A stretch of DNA of 63,991 nucleotides from Myxococcota bacterium (GTDB taxonomy: Bacteria; Myxococcota_A; UBA796; UBA2385), in contig JBIJDH010000030.1 of NCBI GenBank assembly GCA_044344255.1, forward strand, positions 1-63,991, written 5' to 3'. The position numbers were made by a program, and so were the translations under genes. This document shows positions 1 to 9,923 of this stretch, piece after piece (position 1 is the stretch's first letter; the number at the start of each line of letters is the position of its first letter). The notes beneath the pieces were generated by a model. It worked only from the letters and a program-made list of their open reading frames with translations. It was not told the DNA's origin and did no database searches.

Positions 1-88
1 TCATGAACCACCGAGGTGTCGACCGACCAAAGAGATAACTGAACCACCGAGCCCTTGCAAGGACCAGCACGCAGGTGGACTACCCCTG

Positions 89-403
89 GTGAGCACACCC
101 CGGTCTACTTCCAATGAGCGCTGCAGGAGAGCTCGGGGGGCGCGGCCCCGCGACGGCCTGCGGGTGCTCGGGATGCGGTTCACCGGCGATTTGGCCGTGC
201 CCGCCGAGCGGTTCGCCCACCTGCGCGAGGCCTTTGGCGCCTCGTTCGAGGCCATCGAGATCGACTCCGCCGCCGGGAACGCCGCGGCTGTGCCGCAGGA
301 CGCCCACTCCGTCGTCACGGAGCACCTCTTCGAAGAGCCCCGGCACCCCACGCGGGTCGCGCGCGACCGGGTGTTGGCGTTCTTTGGGGAGCAGTTGCGC
401 TGA
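89..403 (+). pseudogene. C-terminal remnant of a dienelactone hydrolase-family protein
   Basis: GLRVLGMRFTGD..VPAERF..AHSVVTEHL..RVLAFF resembles the DLH C-terminus. Similarity is lost upstream of ~150 and no nucleophile region is present. Confidence 0.55.
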
Positions 404-410
404 CGAGCCC

Positions 411-490
411 GAGATCGGGGCAAGAGATGCCCTCCCGAGGCCGTGCCCTGGGAGAGCGAGGGGGGTGGCGTCCTGTGGTAATCTGGGCCC
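411..490 (+). repeat. ~80-bp dispersed repeat, copy 1 (copy 2 at 62072-62150)
   Basis: gagatcggggcaagagatgccctcccgaggccgtgccctgggagagcgaggggggtggcgtcctgtggtaatctgggccc aligns almost end to end with 62072-62150. Confidence 0.8.
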
Positions 491-654
491 CATGTTGGAG
501 CCGCCACGGTCGGGCCACCCGTCCCGTCGGTTCCATCTGTCCCGTCGGTCCCATCGGAGCCCTCGGCGATTTCTCAGGAAGTGTCCCTTCGACCGGTCTG
601 TCAGGCGGCAGCGAGGAGGAGCAGGGTGCGGAGGGGGAGGATCCAAGGGCGCAT
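487..654 (-). pseudogene. Decayed lipoprotein gene with DGT repeats
   Basis: GGAG RBS + ATG654: MRPWILPLRTLLLLAAA* (TGA at the lipobox Cys position), then QTGRRDTS*EIAEGSDGTDGTDGTDGTGGPTVAAPTWG in the same frame. It runs into the dispersed repeat. Confidence 0.6.
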
Positions 655-779
655 GCGGGCTCCAGTCGATACCTGCATCTGGCGACGGCGCGGGGCCATG
701 GTCTACCCCTCACACCGCCGGCGAGCTGTCACCTGATCTTCGTCTCGTGTTGTATGCATTGACTACAGGAGTGTCCGTC

Positions 780-1463
780 GTGGAACCTTTTATTCCCCTG
801 GCTCGACTCGAGGCCTTGCCTTACGTGAAGCCCAAGCAGGGCAGGGAGTATTGGCTGCTGGACGGTGCCCTCCGAGATCCAGAGCTCGTCCGGGCTCGCG
901 CGCTGGCTCGGATGGATTGGGCCTTTGGCGCACCGCGAAGAGCGGAGCCCTGGCCCGGTCAGCGAGCCCCTGGGGCGCTGCTGTCGGCCGAGCTTGCGCC
1001 GATCGAGCGCTGGGTGCGGCAGGTGACGGGCGCCCGCTCCTTGTGGCAGGCCGAGCCTGAGGCGGGGGCGACGCTCGACCACAACATCGTTCAGGCGGTG
1101 GGGGCCGCGGAGTCTGGGCCCCGGCCCCATTCGGACAGCCGGCGCCTGTGCCGGTTTGCCGCGGTCCTCTACCTCCACCCCCGCCCCGATCCCGAGGCGG
1201 GCACGAGCTTCTTTCGGTTGCGCCTGCCGGATGGCCGCCTCGGTGGCAATTCCGTCCCGCCCCCCCACGCGAACCTGCCCGAGGCCCTGGGGGTGCGGGG
1301 GCTGCCCCTGCAGGCCTGGTCTACCGATCTCTCCCTCCCCAACACCTGGAACCGTCTGCTGCTGTACCGAGGCGACCTGGTGCATTCGGCGACCCGCTAT
1401 TTCGGTAGCTCCCTGGAGGATAAACGACTGACGGCGGTATGCTTCTGGATGGCCCGCATGTGA
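780..1463 (+). CDS. DUF6445-like 2OG-Fe(II) oxygenase-fold protein
   Basis: PHSD (HxD), AAVLYL, GTSFFR, WNRLLLYRGDLVHSA (distal His) and KRLT motifs. AGGAG RBS precedes GTG780. Confidence 0.75.
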   Translation: MEPFIPLARLEALPYVKPKQGREYWLLDGALRDPELVRARALARMDWAFGAPRRAEPWPGQRAPGALLSAELAPIERWVRQVTGARSLWQAEPEAGATLDHNIVQAVGAAESGPRPHSDSRRLCRFAAVLYLHPRPDPEAGTSFFRLRLPDGRLGGNSVPPPHANLPEALGVRGLPLQAWSTDLSLPNTWNRLLLYRGDLVHSATRYFGSSLEDKRLTAVCFWMARM

Positions 1464-1952
1464 GTGCTGTTTGGAAACCTGAGCGAATGGGCGGTGCCAT
1501 GGTCAGTGGGTATATCCCGGAATTGTCCTGACGATAGGATATTTTCTGGCTCGCAGATGGTCAACAGTAAGGTTCACCGTGAGTGAGACGACGCTGACGC
1601 AATTCTAGGGGCTGGTGCCGCCGCTGTGGTACAGGTCCGGGTCTCCCAGACTTTGAAGAGGGGACGACGGCCCTCTCTTGGCTGGGCACTCGAAATCGGG
1701 CCAAAGACGACCTCCCAGTGGCCGGTCGATCGTGGAGGAAGCGAACCGAGAGGTCGTCCCTGCGGTTTCAGAGGGGGTCTTACGCGAGCGCGGCCAGATA
1801 GGTCCCCTGCTCCTCGGTGCGTACCCGCCGGAGGTGGGGCTGCTCGATGACGTGGACCTTTCGACGAAAGAGCTCCAGCCGAAAACGTCAGGGACCAAGC
1901 TCGAAGTCGGTGGATTCGAGGAGCGCGGAGAGGTCTCGGACGAGGTGCTGCG

Positions 1953-3566
1953 TCAACGTCTCCGCCGATAGAGGAGGAGGGCGCCCAGGAGATAGGCCAG
2001 GAAGGAGGTGGGCGCGCCCGACAAACCGCGCTCACCGCGGGGCCTCCCGTTGGCGGTCCCGCAGGCGCAGCCGGCGCTGCCCACCTGAACCTCGACCTCG
2101 TCAGAGGCGGAGATCTCGGCCTCTGTCACGGTCAGTCGGAGGGTGTAGCGGCCCTCCCGGTCCGGCGTGAAGCGACAGAGGGCCTCGTCCGCCTGGATGA
2201 GGTGGGTGTCGGTGAGCTCGGAGCCCGACGGGGTGCTCTCCAGCGTCCATTGGTAAGAGAGGGTGCCGTGGTTGGGGCTCTGTGACTCGCTCCCGTCCAC
2301 CTGCACGGACTGACCGAGGGAGATCTGGCGGTCGGGGCCGGCGTCGGCCACGGGCGAGGCGGGATCAACGTCCGGCTGGCCGCTGTCCTCCCCCGAGGGG
2401 GGTGCGGAGTCCCCGGGCTCATTCGTATCCCCAGGTGTGGCGGTGTCGCCCGGGGTGCCGGTGTCCCCCGGGTCGGTCTCTTCGAGGATGGCGGGGTCGA
2501 GCTTGAGCTCCACCAGGGTGGGATTGACGGCGTGGTTGTAGGTGACGATGAGGACATCATCCTGGGCGGCCAAGAAGGTCCCCATCGCCCCCTGGGTGGG
2601 GGCCTCGTCGGTCACCTGCACGGACTGGACGTGGTTCCAGTCTTTGTCAAAGACCTCGACGTAGACATTTCCGGTCAGGGTGATCCAGTCATCCGCCTCC
2701 GCGGCGTTGACGCCGACGTGCCCGACGAAGAAGTAGTCGTGGTATCGAATGAGCCCCTGTGGCCATCGCACGATGCCGTCATCGGGCATCACTTGCACCA
2801 CGAGGGTGTCGACCTCATTCAGGTCGTGGTCGTACCGCATGATGGTGAGCTCAGGGGAGTCACCGAAGGAGCGGACGCTGATGATCTGGTCGGACTCTTC
2901 GTCGTAGAGGATCGAGCTCCCCCCGAGCACCGGCACCTGTCGAAAGGGGAGGGCCGCTTCGGGCTCCGCGGCGGCGTCCACAGGGACGAAGATGCCGAAA
3001 GGCGAGGCGCCGCTCGAGGTGTCCCGGGCGCCGAAGGGAGCGCCGTCGAGGAAGCCCGAGCAGAGCACCGGGGCGTCGTTGTAGAAGTGGTCGGGGTCAC
3101 TCTCGGCGATGGCCCCACTGGCGATGACATTCCAGTCGGCGTCGTATCGAAAGGCATACGCGCTGTCGTCGAAGCCGCTCAGGTTGGCGGAGGCGACGTG
3201 CAGCCAGCTCCCGTCGGGGCAGGCGGTGATGGCGTGGTCGACCAGCACGGTTGAGTCGTTGAGGGCCTCTTCGTCATCGAGCATGCTGTAGTCGGACAGC
3301 ATCGTCCGTCGGTGATAGGCGCCACCGGAGGCTCGAAAGACCGTCCAGTTCCCGTCCTCGGCGGGGAAGGCGTGCACCCAGTTTCCAGCGGAGTCACCGA
3401 TAGGAAGGGGGCTCCCATAGGAGAGGATCACGTCCTCCGCCAGCGCCGGATAACCCGCGAGGAGGAGGAGCGCCGCGAAGGCGCCTGGCCCGCTGTGGAG
3501 GCGACCTGGGGAGCGCTGGCGGGGTGTGCGGCTGTGCTTGGGGAGGAGCGGGGCGGCGTCGGGCAT
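1953..3566 (-). CDS. Secreted protein with PKD-like domain and MYXO-CTERM-like tail
   Basis: Signal peptide ending PALA-ED, acidic GDT linker, PVADAGPD..DGSES..LSYQW..FTPD..G.YTLRLTV PKD-like repeat, C-terminal GCAC + hydrophobic helix + RRRR. Confidence 0.8.
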   Translation of the reverse strand: MPDAAPLLPKHSRTPRQRSPGRLHSGPGAFAALLLLAGYPALAEDVILSYGSPLPIGDSAGNWVHAFPAEDGNWTVFRASGGAYHRRTMLSDYSMLDDEEALNDSTVLVDHAITACPDGSWLHVASANLSGFDDSAYAFRYDADWNVIASGAIAESDPDHFYNDAPVLCSGFLDGAPFGARDTSSGASPFGIFVPVDAAAEPEAALPFRQVPVLGGSSILYDEESDQIISVRSFGDSPELTIMRYDHDLNEVDTLVVQVMPDDGIVRWPQGLIRYHDYFFVGHVGVNAAEADDWITLTGNVYVEVFDKDWNHVQSVQVTDEAPTQGAMGTFLAAQDDVLIVTYNHAVNPTLVELKLDPAILEETDPGDTGTPGDTATPGDTNEPGDSAPPSGEDSGQPDVDPASPVADAGPDRQISLGQSVQVDGSESQSPNHGTLSYQWTLESTPSGSELTDTHLIQADEALCRFTPDREGRYTLRLTVTEAEISASDEVEVQVGSAGCACGTANGRPRGERGLSGAPTSFLAYLLGALLLYRRRR

Positions 3567-3680
3567 GACCCAGGCTAACGCATATCGCCGGCTGGCCCCA
3601 CGCCTTCGCGGGCCCCCCGCCAGTGTCGTTCGTCCGGTGAGCGTGGAGCCGCCGCGCCCTGCTCCCCCACCCCGCCGTTC

Positions 3681-4108
3681 GTGCGCTCTATCCCCGACCA
3701 GCGCCAGCCCCCGCGCCCTCTGGGTCGGGGCGCAGCCTCCTCGCGACGGGGATTCAGCCTGCTGAAGGGGGTGCTTGGACTGACAGCCGGGGCGGCCGCT
3801 CTCATGGGTGTCTTATTGGCGTTCTGGATGTTGGGCGTCGACGGAACCGATTGCGGTGGCCCTGGTGGCGTCACCGGTTGGCAGATGCGGAGACTGAGCA
3901 GCACGCTTGAAATGTATGCAGCCAAGCACGGCGGGCAGTATCCGACCACCGGGGAGGCTCCGATACGCCCTACGAGCTGATCTCCCTCGGCGCCGACGGG
4001 AAGCCGGGGGGAGAGGACGAAGGCACCGATCTGAGCTTCTCCGAGCTCCGCCGGCCGCATTCGGAGGGAGCGGCCTCAGAATATTCGCCCACCGCGCACG
4101 GCCGCTGA
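3681..4108 (+). pseudogene. gspG: GspG-like major pseudopilin, internally deleted and frameshifted
   Basis: RRGFSLLK prepilin-like start and LEMY..YPTT in one frame. PYELISLGADGKPGGEDEGTDL (GspG C-terminal signature) is in another frame from 3962. The DPWG segment is missing. Confidence 0.65.
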
Positions 4109-4239
4109 AGGGCCTGCGACAGTCTTTGTCCGCTTCGCCTCATTCCCTGCGGTGATGGGTCCCGTTCGGTCAGGCGGGGTCCGGGTCTTGCACTCGCTCC
4201 GGCTGCGGTCTCATGCGGCGCCCCGGGACAGGGGAGGCC

Positions 4240-5247
4240 TCAGTCGCGCTCGGCCTTCCGCTGGCGGCCCATGAGGTCGCGCATCGCCTGGGCGACGGGC
4301 TTGTCTTCGTGGAGCACGAGGTAGACCTGCTCGGTGATCGGCATCTCGACGCCGTGCTGCTGGGCGAGCATCAGGCCCGAGCGGGCGGTGACCACCCCCT
4401 CGGCGACCTGGCCGAGCTCGGCCAGGATGTCGGGCAGGCGCTTGCCCTGGCCGAGGCCGAGGCCGACGCGGCGGTTTCGGGAGAGGTCGCCCGTGCAGGT
4501 GAGCACGAGGTCACCCGTGCCAGCGAGGCCCGCCATCGTGAGCGGGTTCGCCCCGCGGGTGACGGCGAGGCGGGAGAGCTCGGCCAGGCCGCGAGTGATG
4601 ATGGCGGCGCGGGCGTTGTTGCCGAAGCCCATGCCGTCGGCGACGCCGCAGGCGATAGCGAGCGGGTTCTTGAGCGCGCCGCCGAGCTCGGCGCCGATGA
4701 CGTCGTCGGTGTGGTAGACGCGGAAATGGCCGGCGTGGAGGGCGGCGGCGAAGCGGTCGGCCGCGGCGTGGTCGTGCGAGGCGACCACGACGGTGGTGGG
4801 CAGTCCCTGGGCCACCTCTCGGGCGAAGGAGGGCCCGGCGAGGAAGCAGGCGGAGGCGGCCTGGGCGGGGGGGAGCCGCTCGGCGAAGACCTCGGCCATC
4901 GTGAGCAAGGAGCCCTGCTCCACCCCCTTGCTGGCGCAGGCGACGATGGCCGCCGGGGGCAGGAGCGGCAGCATCTGGTTGAGCACCGCCCGCATCTCGG
5001 TGCTGGGCACGACGAAGAGCGCGATGTCGGCGCCGTCGAGGGCGCGGGCGGGATCGGTGGTGACCCGGAGGTTGTCGGGGAGGCGGATGCCCGGCAGATA
5101 TCGATGGTTCTCCCGGCGGGCCTCCATGAGTTCGGCCCGTTCGGGGCGGTGATCCCACAGTCGGACATCGGCCCCCGCGCGGGCGGCCTGGATGGCCAGG
5201 GCGGTTCCCCAGGATCCGGCACCCAAGACCGCGATATGCACATGCAC
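4240..5247 (-). CDS. gpsA: NAD(P)H-dependent glycerol-3-phosphate dehydrogenase
   Basis: GAGSWGTALA, ASKG, GPSFAREV, GGALKN, GDLVLTCTGDLSRNR, AEGV. True start is probably GTG5241 after GGAGG. Confidence 0.97.
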   Translation of the reverse strand: MHVHIAVLGAGSWGTALAIQAARAGADVRLWDHRPERAELMEARRENHRYLPGIRLPDNLRVTTDPARALDGADIALFVVPSTEMRAVLNQMLPLLPPAAIVACASKGVEQGSLLTMAEVFAERLPPAQAASACFLAGPSFAREVAQGLPTTVVVASHDHAAADRFAAALHAGHFRVYHTDDVIGAELGGALKNPLAIACGVADGMGFGNNARAAIITRGLAELSRLAVTRGANPLTMAGLAGTGDLVLTCTGDLSRNRRVGLGLGQGKRLPDILAELGQVAEGVVTARSGLMLAQQHGVEMPITEQVYLVLHEDKPVAQAMRDLMGRQRKAERD

Positions 5248-5320
5248 CTCCGCCGACCCCCCTATTCTCTCTCGACAGAGCGGTCACCGCCCGGGACCGC
5301 GCATGGCACAATGAGCCCCC

Positions 5321-5962
5321 ATGCCTGATGCCACCCCCCGCAAGCCCGCGAAGCCCTTCGAGCTCATCCGATCCCTGGCGCTCGCAGACTTCATCACCCT
5401 CGCCAACGCCGCCTGCGGGACGGGCGCCATCTTCCTCTGCTTGAATTGTCTGGAAGACGATCATCAGGCCAAGTGGATGAAGGTGGCCTTCATCCTGCTC
5501 CCCTTCGCCTTCTTCTTCGACATGGCCGACGGCGCTGTGGCGCGCTGGCGACGGCGGAGCAGCCCCTACGGCGCCGACCTCGACTCCCTCGCCGACGTCG
5601 TCTCCTTCGGCGTGGCCCCCGCCGTCATCGGCTGGACGCTCGGGATGCGCGGGCTGTGGGACGCCCTCGTGCTCATCTACTTCGTGTGCAGCGGGATCGG
5701 GCGCCTCGCCCGCTTCAACGTCACCGCGGAGTCGCTGACCGATGACGCCACCGGCAAGGTGCGGTACTTCGAGGGGACGCCGATCCCCACCAGCCTCGCC
5801 ATCGTGGGCATCCTGGCCTTCGCTTGGTACCACGGGGCGGTCTGGGACAACCTCTGGTTCGGATCGGTGAAGATCGGCCCCGGGACGCTCCACCCCCTGG
5901 TCTTGCTCTACTTCGTGAGCGGTAGCCTGATGACGAGCAAGATCCACTTCCCCAAGCCCTGA
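5321..5962 (+). CDS. pssA: CDP-alcohol phosphatidyltransferase (phosphatidylserine synthase)
   Basis: DMADGAVAR..YGADLDSLADVVSFGVAPA signature, RLARFNV, FEGTPIP. Confidence 0.9.
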   Translation: MPDATPRKPAKPFELIRSLALADFITLANAACGTGAIFLCLNCLEDDHQAKWMKVAFILLPFAFFFDMADGAVARWRRRSSPYGADLDSLADVVSFGVAPAVIGWTLGMRGLWDALVLIYFVCSGIGRLARFNVTAESLTDDATGKVRYFEGTPIPTSLAIVGILAFAWYHGAVWDNLWFGSVKIGPGTLHPLVLLYFVSGSLMTSKIHFPKP

Positions 5963-6044
5963 GCCCCGGGCTAGGGGTCCTGCGATCGCCGGGTCGGGCC
6001 TCCGCCGCGCTCGCTACTCTCGTACTCTCGACGGAAGGATTCGG

Positions 6045-7976
6045 ATGGAATCGAGCACCAAGCTCCAGGTCGTGTCGGTCGGTTTGATGGGCGCGGTCTT
6101 GGTCGCGCTCCTCATGGACATCGCCTCCCACGATCGGCTGGAGGAGCAGGTCATCGCCACCCGCCTCGCGGTCGAGGGCAAGTCGAGCATCGGGTCGGCG
6201 CCCGCGACGGTGGCCGTGCAGACGGTCGCGGCCACGGACTGCGCGCCCGGCCAGCCCTCCGGGCGGAAGGCCAAGGGGTGGGGCGGGCGAGAGGCCGACA
6301 TCTTGTGCGTGGAGGGGTCCGCTTCGGGGGCCCCGCGCGCGATCGCGGAGAAGCCGAGGCCGCAGGGGGACTCCTACGTCAACCGCCGCACGAGCCCCCC
6401 GTCCACGCTCAACTATTACGCGACCAGCGAGGGAGAGACCGGCCAGGTCACGAAGTACATCCTCGAGAAGATGATCGAGATCGATCCCGACGCGCCGCCC
6501 GCGGTGTTGCCCTCGCTCGCCACCTCTTGGGAGGTGTCGGCCGACCACCTGACCTACACCTACCACCTGCGGCGGGGCGTACAGTTCGCCGACGGCCGGC
6601 CCTTCACCGCCGAAGACGTGGTCTTCACCTTCGACGTCGTGCGCGACCCCGCCGTGAAGGCCGACCACCTCCGCCCGGCCTTCGAGGACGTGAAGTCCCT
6701 CGTCGCGAAAGACCCGTACACGGTCGAGGTCACCTACGCGAAGACCTATTGGAAGGGCATCTACGCGGTCGGCAACCAGCTCCGGGTCTTGAACAAGGCC
6801 TGGGTGCAGGAGCAGCTCCCCAAGGTCGCCAAGACGCTCGACGTCGCGGTCGTCTCGGTCGATCCCGGCAAGCCTGGCTTCGGCGAGGTCTTCAACAAGC
6901 TGCGAGTGCCCGGCCCGGGCACGGGCCCCTACTACTTCTCGGTGGACGAGTACGACCCCAAGAAGCCGCTCGAGATCACACAGAACCCGTTCTACTGGGG
7001 CACCCAGGTCAACCCCACCTGGTACAACCTGACGAACCTGCGGTGGATCTTCATCTCGGACGAGGTGGCGGCCTTTGAGGCCTTCCGCAAGCAGTCCTTC
7101 GACGTCTCGGTGGTCGACTTCCAGCCCTGGGACGACCAGTACAAGGCCGACCCCACCATCACTGGCATCTCGAACTACTTCGAGTATGACCACATGGGGC
7201 TCGGCTACTCCGAGATCGTGTGGAACAACCGTCAGCCCCCCTTCAACGACCCCAAGGTGCGGCTCGCGATGACCCACCTCGTCGATCGGGGCTGGATCAT
7301 CCAGGAGATCGAGCGCGGGCGGGGCGAGATCGCCACCTGCCCCTCGAAGAAGACCTACCCGCAGTACCTGCAGACCGAGCCCATCCCCTTCGACGTCGAG
7401 AAGGCGCGGGCTCTGCTCGCGGAGGCGGGCTGGAAGGACACCAACGGTGACGGTGTGCTCGACAAGGGCGGCAAGCCCTTCGAATTCGAGCTCAAGGTGG
7501 GCTCCCCGCGGCGCTTTTACACCCAGGTGGCGGCCCAGCTCGGTGACGCCGCCAAGAAGGTGGGCATCCGGATGACCCTCCGTCAGCTCGAGTGGGCCAC
7601 CTTCATCCAGGACTACCAGGAGCGTCGCTTCGACTCGGCGGTGCTCTATGAGAGCTTCTCCGACCCCTGGATCGACAGCTACGAGAGCTTCCACAGCTCG
7701 CAGGACGTGCCCAATGGCGGTAACGCCGCGGGCTGGCACAACCCGGCGGCCGACACGCTGCTCGAGGGCATGCGCACCGAGTTCGACAATGCGGCCCGCG
7801 ACAAGATGTACCAGGAGTTCTGCCGTGTCTTCATCGAGGACCAGCCGGTCACCCTGTTGGCCCACGGCCGCGTCGGGGTGCTCCAGAACGGCCGCTTCGA
7901 GGGGGCCAAGGTGCGCCCCACCGGGCTCCAGCTCTTCGACATCTACGTCAAGCCCGACAAGGTCCTGTACAAGTAG
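6045..7976 (+). CDS. Peptide ABC transporter substrate-binding protein (family 5), membrane-anchored
   Basis: PSLATSWEVSAD..YTYHLRRGVQFADGRPFTAEDVVFT, GTGPY, FNDPKVRLAM, LLAEAGWKD. N-terminal TM helix. Confidence 0.93.
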   Translation: MESSTKLQVVSVGLMGAVLVALLMDIASHDRLEEQVIATRLAVEGKSSIGSAPATVAVQTVAATDCAPGQPSGRKAKGWGGREADILCVEGSASGAPRAIAEKPRPQGDSYVNRRTSPPSTLNYYATSEGETGQVTKYILEKMIEIDPDAPPAVLPSLATSWEVSADHLTYTYHLRRGVQFADGRPFTAEDVVFTFDVVRDPAVKADHLRPAFEDVKSLVAKDPYTVEVTYAKTYWKGIYAVGNQLRVLNKAWVQEQLPKVAKTLDVAVVSVDPGKPGFGEVFNKLRVPGPGTGPYYFSVDEYDPKKPLEITQNPFYWGTQVNPTWYNLTNLRWIFISDEVAAFEAFRKQSFDVSVVDFQPWDDQYKADPTITGISNYFEYDHMGLGYSEIVWNNRQPPFNDPKVRLAMTHLVDRGWIIQEIERGRGEIATCPSKKTYPQYLQTEPIPFDVEKARALLAEAGWKDTNGDGVLDKGGKPFEFELKVGSPRRFYTQVAAQLGDAAKKVGIRMTLRQLEWATFIQDYQERRFDSAVLYESFSDPWIDSYESFHSSQDVPNGGNAAGWHNPAADTLLEGMRTEFDNAARDKMYQEFCRVFIEDQPVTLLAHGRVGVLQNGRFEGAKVRPTGLQLFDIYVKPDKVLYK

Positions 7977-9923
7977 ATGATCGCGTACCTCATCAAGCGA
8001 ATCCTGGCGATGATCCCGACCCTCATCGGGATCACCTTCATCACCTTCCTGATGATCAACCTCGCGCCGGGCGATCCGGTGGCTGCACAGTTCGGCGGCG
8101 GCGCAGAGAAGTCGACCGAGGGGGGGGGCGGCGGCGATCAGAGCCGGCAGAACGACACCATCAAGGCAAAGAAGAAGCTGCTCGGGATGCTGCGGGAGGA
8201 CTACGCGCTGCACGCCTGGGGGGGCGCTGTTGCCCTCGATCTCGAGGAGGGGAGCGGCGCGGCCCCCCTCGAGGAGGGGCCCGCGGTGGAGGGGCTCGGT
8301 CGGTGGGCGCGGGCCCTGGCCCGGAGCGCGGACGGCCAGCGCCTCTACGCCGGAGGGGACGGCGGCTTCATCGTCGCGGTGGACCCTGCGGGGGGGGCGG
8401 TCGCTTCCACCTTCGCGGGGCACACGGTGCCGGTCTCGGCCCTCGCGGTCTCACCGGACGGACAGCGCCTCGCCTCGGCGGACAGCTCCGGCGTGGTCAA
8501 GCTCTGGGACCTCGGCACGGGGGCCGAGCTCCAGAGCGCCGAGGCCCTCTCGCTGCCGATCCGCGACCTCGCCTGGCTCCCGGACGGGCGTCTGCTCGTC
8601 GCCGCCGACGACGGCGTGGTCCGGCTCGAAGATGGCCAGAGCCTCGCCGTGCAGCGCACCTTCGAGGGGGCCATCGGCGGCGTCTACGCCCTCGCGGTGG
8701 CGCCGGGCGGCGCTCGCTTCTGGGCGGGCGGCGCCGACCGCGTCCTCCGCGAGTGGGACCCCAGCAGCGGCCAGCTCACCCAGGAGCGAAAGGACCACCG
8801 GCAGGCCATCCACGACCTCGCGCTCTCCCCCGACGGCGCCTTGCTCGCGACCGCCTCCGAGGACCGCGCCGTGCGGGTCATCGAGCTCGCGCGGCCCGAC
8901 GCCCCCGCCCGGGAGCTCGGCCTCCACTACAAGGGCGTGCTGGCCGTCACCTTCGCCGCCGATGGGCAGTCGGTCTACTCCGGCGGCATCGACGAGAGCG
9001 TGCGCCAGTGGTCGGTGGCCGAGGCCAAGGAGCTCGGCCGCAGCGCGAAGGGCACGGGCGTGGTGCGGGCGCTGGTGGCGAGAGATGGCCAGGTCTGGTC
9101 GGCCGCCGACTCCTGGACGCCGGTTCCCATCCCGCTCCGCTACCTCAAGTGGGTGGGGCGCATGGCCCGGCTCGACTTCGATCGATCCTTCTCCGACGAT
9201 CGACTGGTGATGGACAAGATCAAGGAGGCCATCCCCGTCACGATGGGGCTGAACCTGCTCACCATCCTCATCATCTACGCGGTGAGCGTGCCCCTCGGCA
9301 TCTTCGCCGCCGTGCGGCGGGGGAGCTGGTTCGACCACGTCTCTTCGTTCTTGTTGTTCCTGCTCTACTCGGTGCCCAATTTCTGGCTCGCTACGCTGCT
9401 GATCCTGACCTTCAGCTCGAAGACCAACTGGGACATCCTCCCGAGCGTGGGGCTCTCGGGAGATCACCCGGAGAACCTCAGCTACCTCTCCTACCTCTGG
9501 GATCGGATCACCCACCTCGTGCTGCCGATCTCGGTGATGGTCTACGGCGGCTTCGCCAGCCTCTCGCGCTACACCCGCACCTCACTGCTGGAGACGATCC
9601 AGCAGGACTATGTGCGAACTGCCCGCGCCAAGGGGCTCTCCGAGACGGTGGTGGTCTTGAAGCACGCCTTCCGCAACTCGCTCATCACCATCGTGACCCT
9701 CATTGGGAACCTGCTGCCGGCCTTGATCGGCGGCTCGGTGATCGTCGAGTACATCTTCTCGATCGACGGGATGGGCCGCTTGGGCTTCGACGCCATCCTC
9801 AGCCGCGACTACCCCGTGATCATGGCCACCACGACGATGAGCGCGGTGCTCACGCTCTTCGGTATCTTGCTCTCCGATATCCTGTACACCTTGGTCGATC
9901 CGCGGGTGTCCCATGACAACTGA
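7977..9923 (+). CDS. OppB/DppB-type ABC permease with inserted WD40 beta-propeller
   Basis: MIAYLIKRILAMIPTL..LAPGDP N-terminus, ~7 WD40 repeats at ~8290-9115, then RYLKW..LDFDRSF, QQDYVRTARAKGL (EAA loop), HAFRNSL, RDYPVI. Confidence 0.92.
   Translation: MIAYLIKRILAMIPTLIGITFITFLMINLAPGDPVAAQFGGGAEKSTEGGGGGDQSRQNDTIKAKKKLLGMLREDYALHAWGGAVALDLEEGSGAAPLEEGPAVEGLGRWARALARSADGQRLYAGGDGGFIVAVDPAGGAVASTFAGHTVPVSALAVSPDGQRLASADSSGVVKLWDLGTGAELQSAEALSLPIRDLAWLPDGRLLVAADDGVVRLEDGQSLAVQRTFEGAIGGVYALAVAPGGARFWAGGADRVLREWDPSSGQLTQERKDHRQAIHDLALSPDGALLATASEDRAVRVIELARPDAPARELGLHYKGVLAVTFAADGQSVYSGGIDESVRQWSVAEAKELGRSAKGTGVVRALVARDGQVWSAADSWTPVPIPLRYLKWVGRMARLDFDRSFSDDRLVMDKIKEAIPVTMGLNLLTILIIYAVSVPLGIFAAVRRGSWFDHVSSFLLFLLYSVPNFWLATLLILTFSSKTNWDILPSVGLSGDHPENLSYLSYLWDRITHLVLPISVMVYGGFASLSRYTRTSLLETIQQDYVRTARAKGLSETVVVLKHAFRNSLITIVTLIGNLLPALIGGSVIVEYIFSIDGMGRLGFDAILSRDYPVIMATTTMSAVLTLFGILLSDILYTLVDPRVSHDN

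Noticed and set aside
1..130. Insertion-sequence end at the window start
   Set aside because: No transposase or matching inverted repeat in the window, so it cannot be supported.
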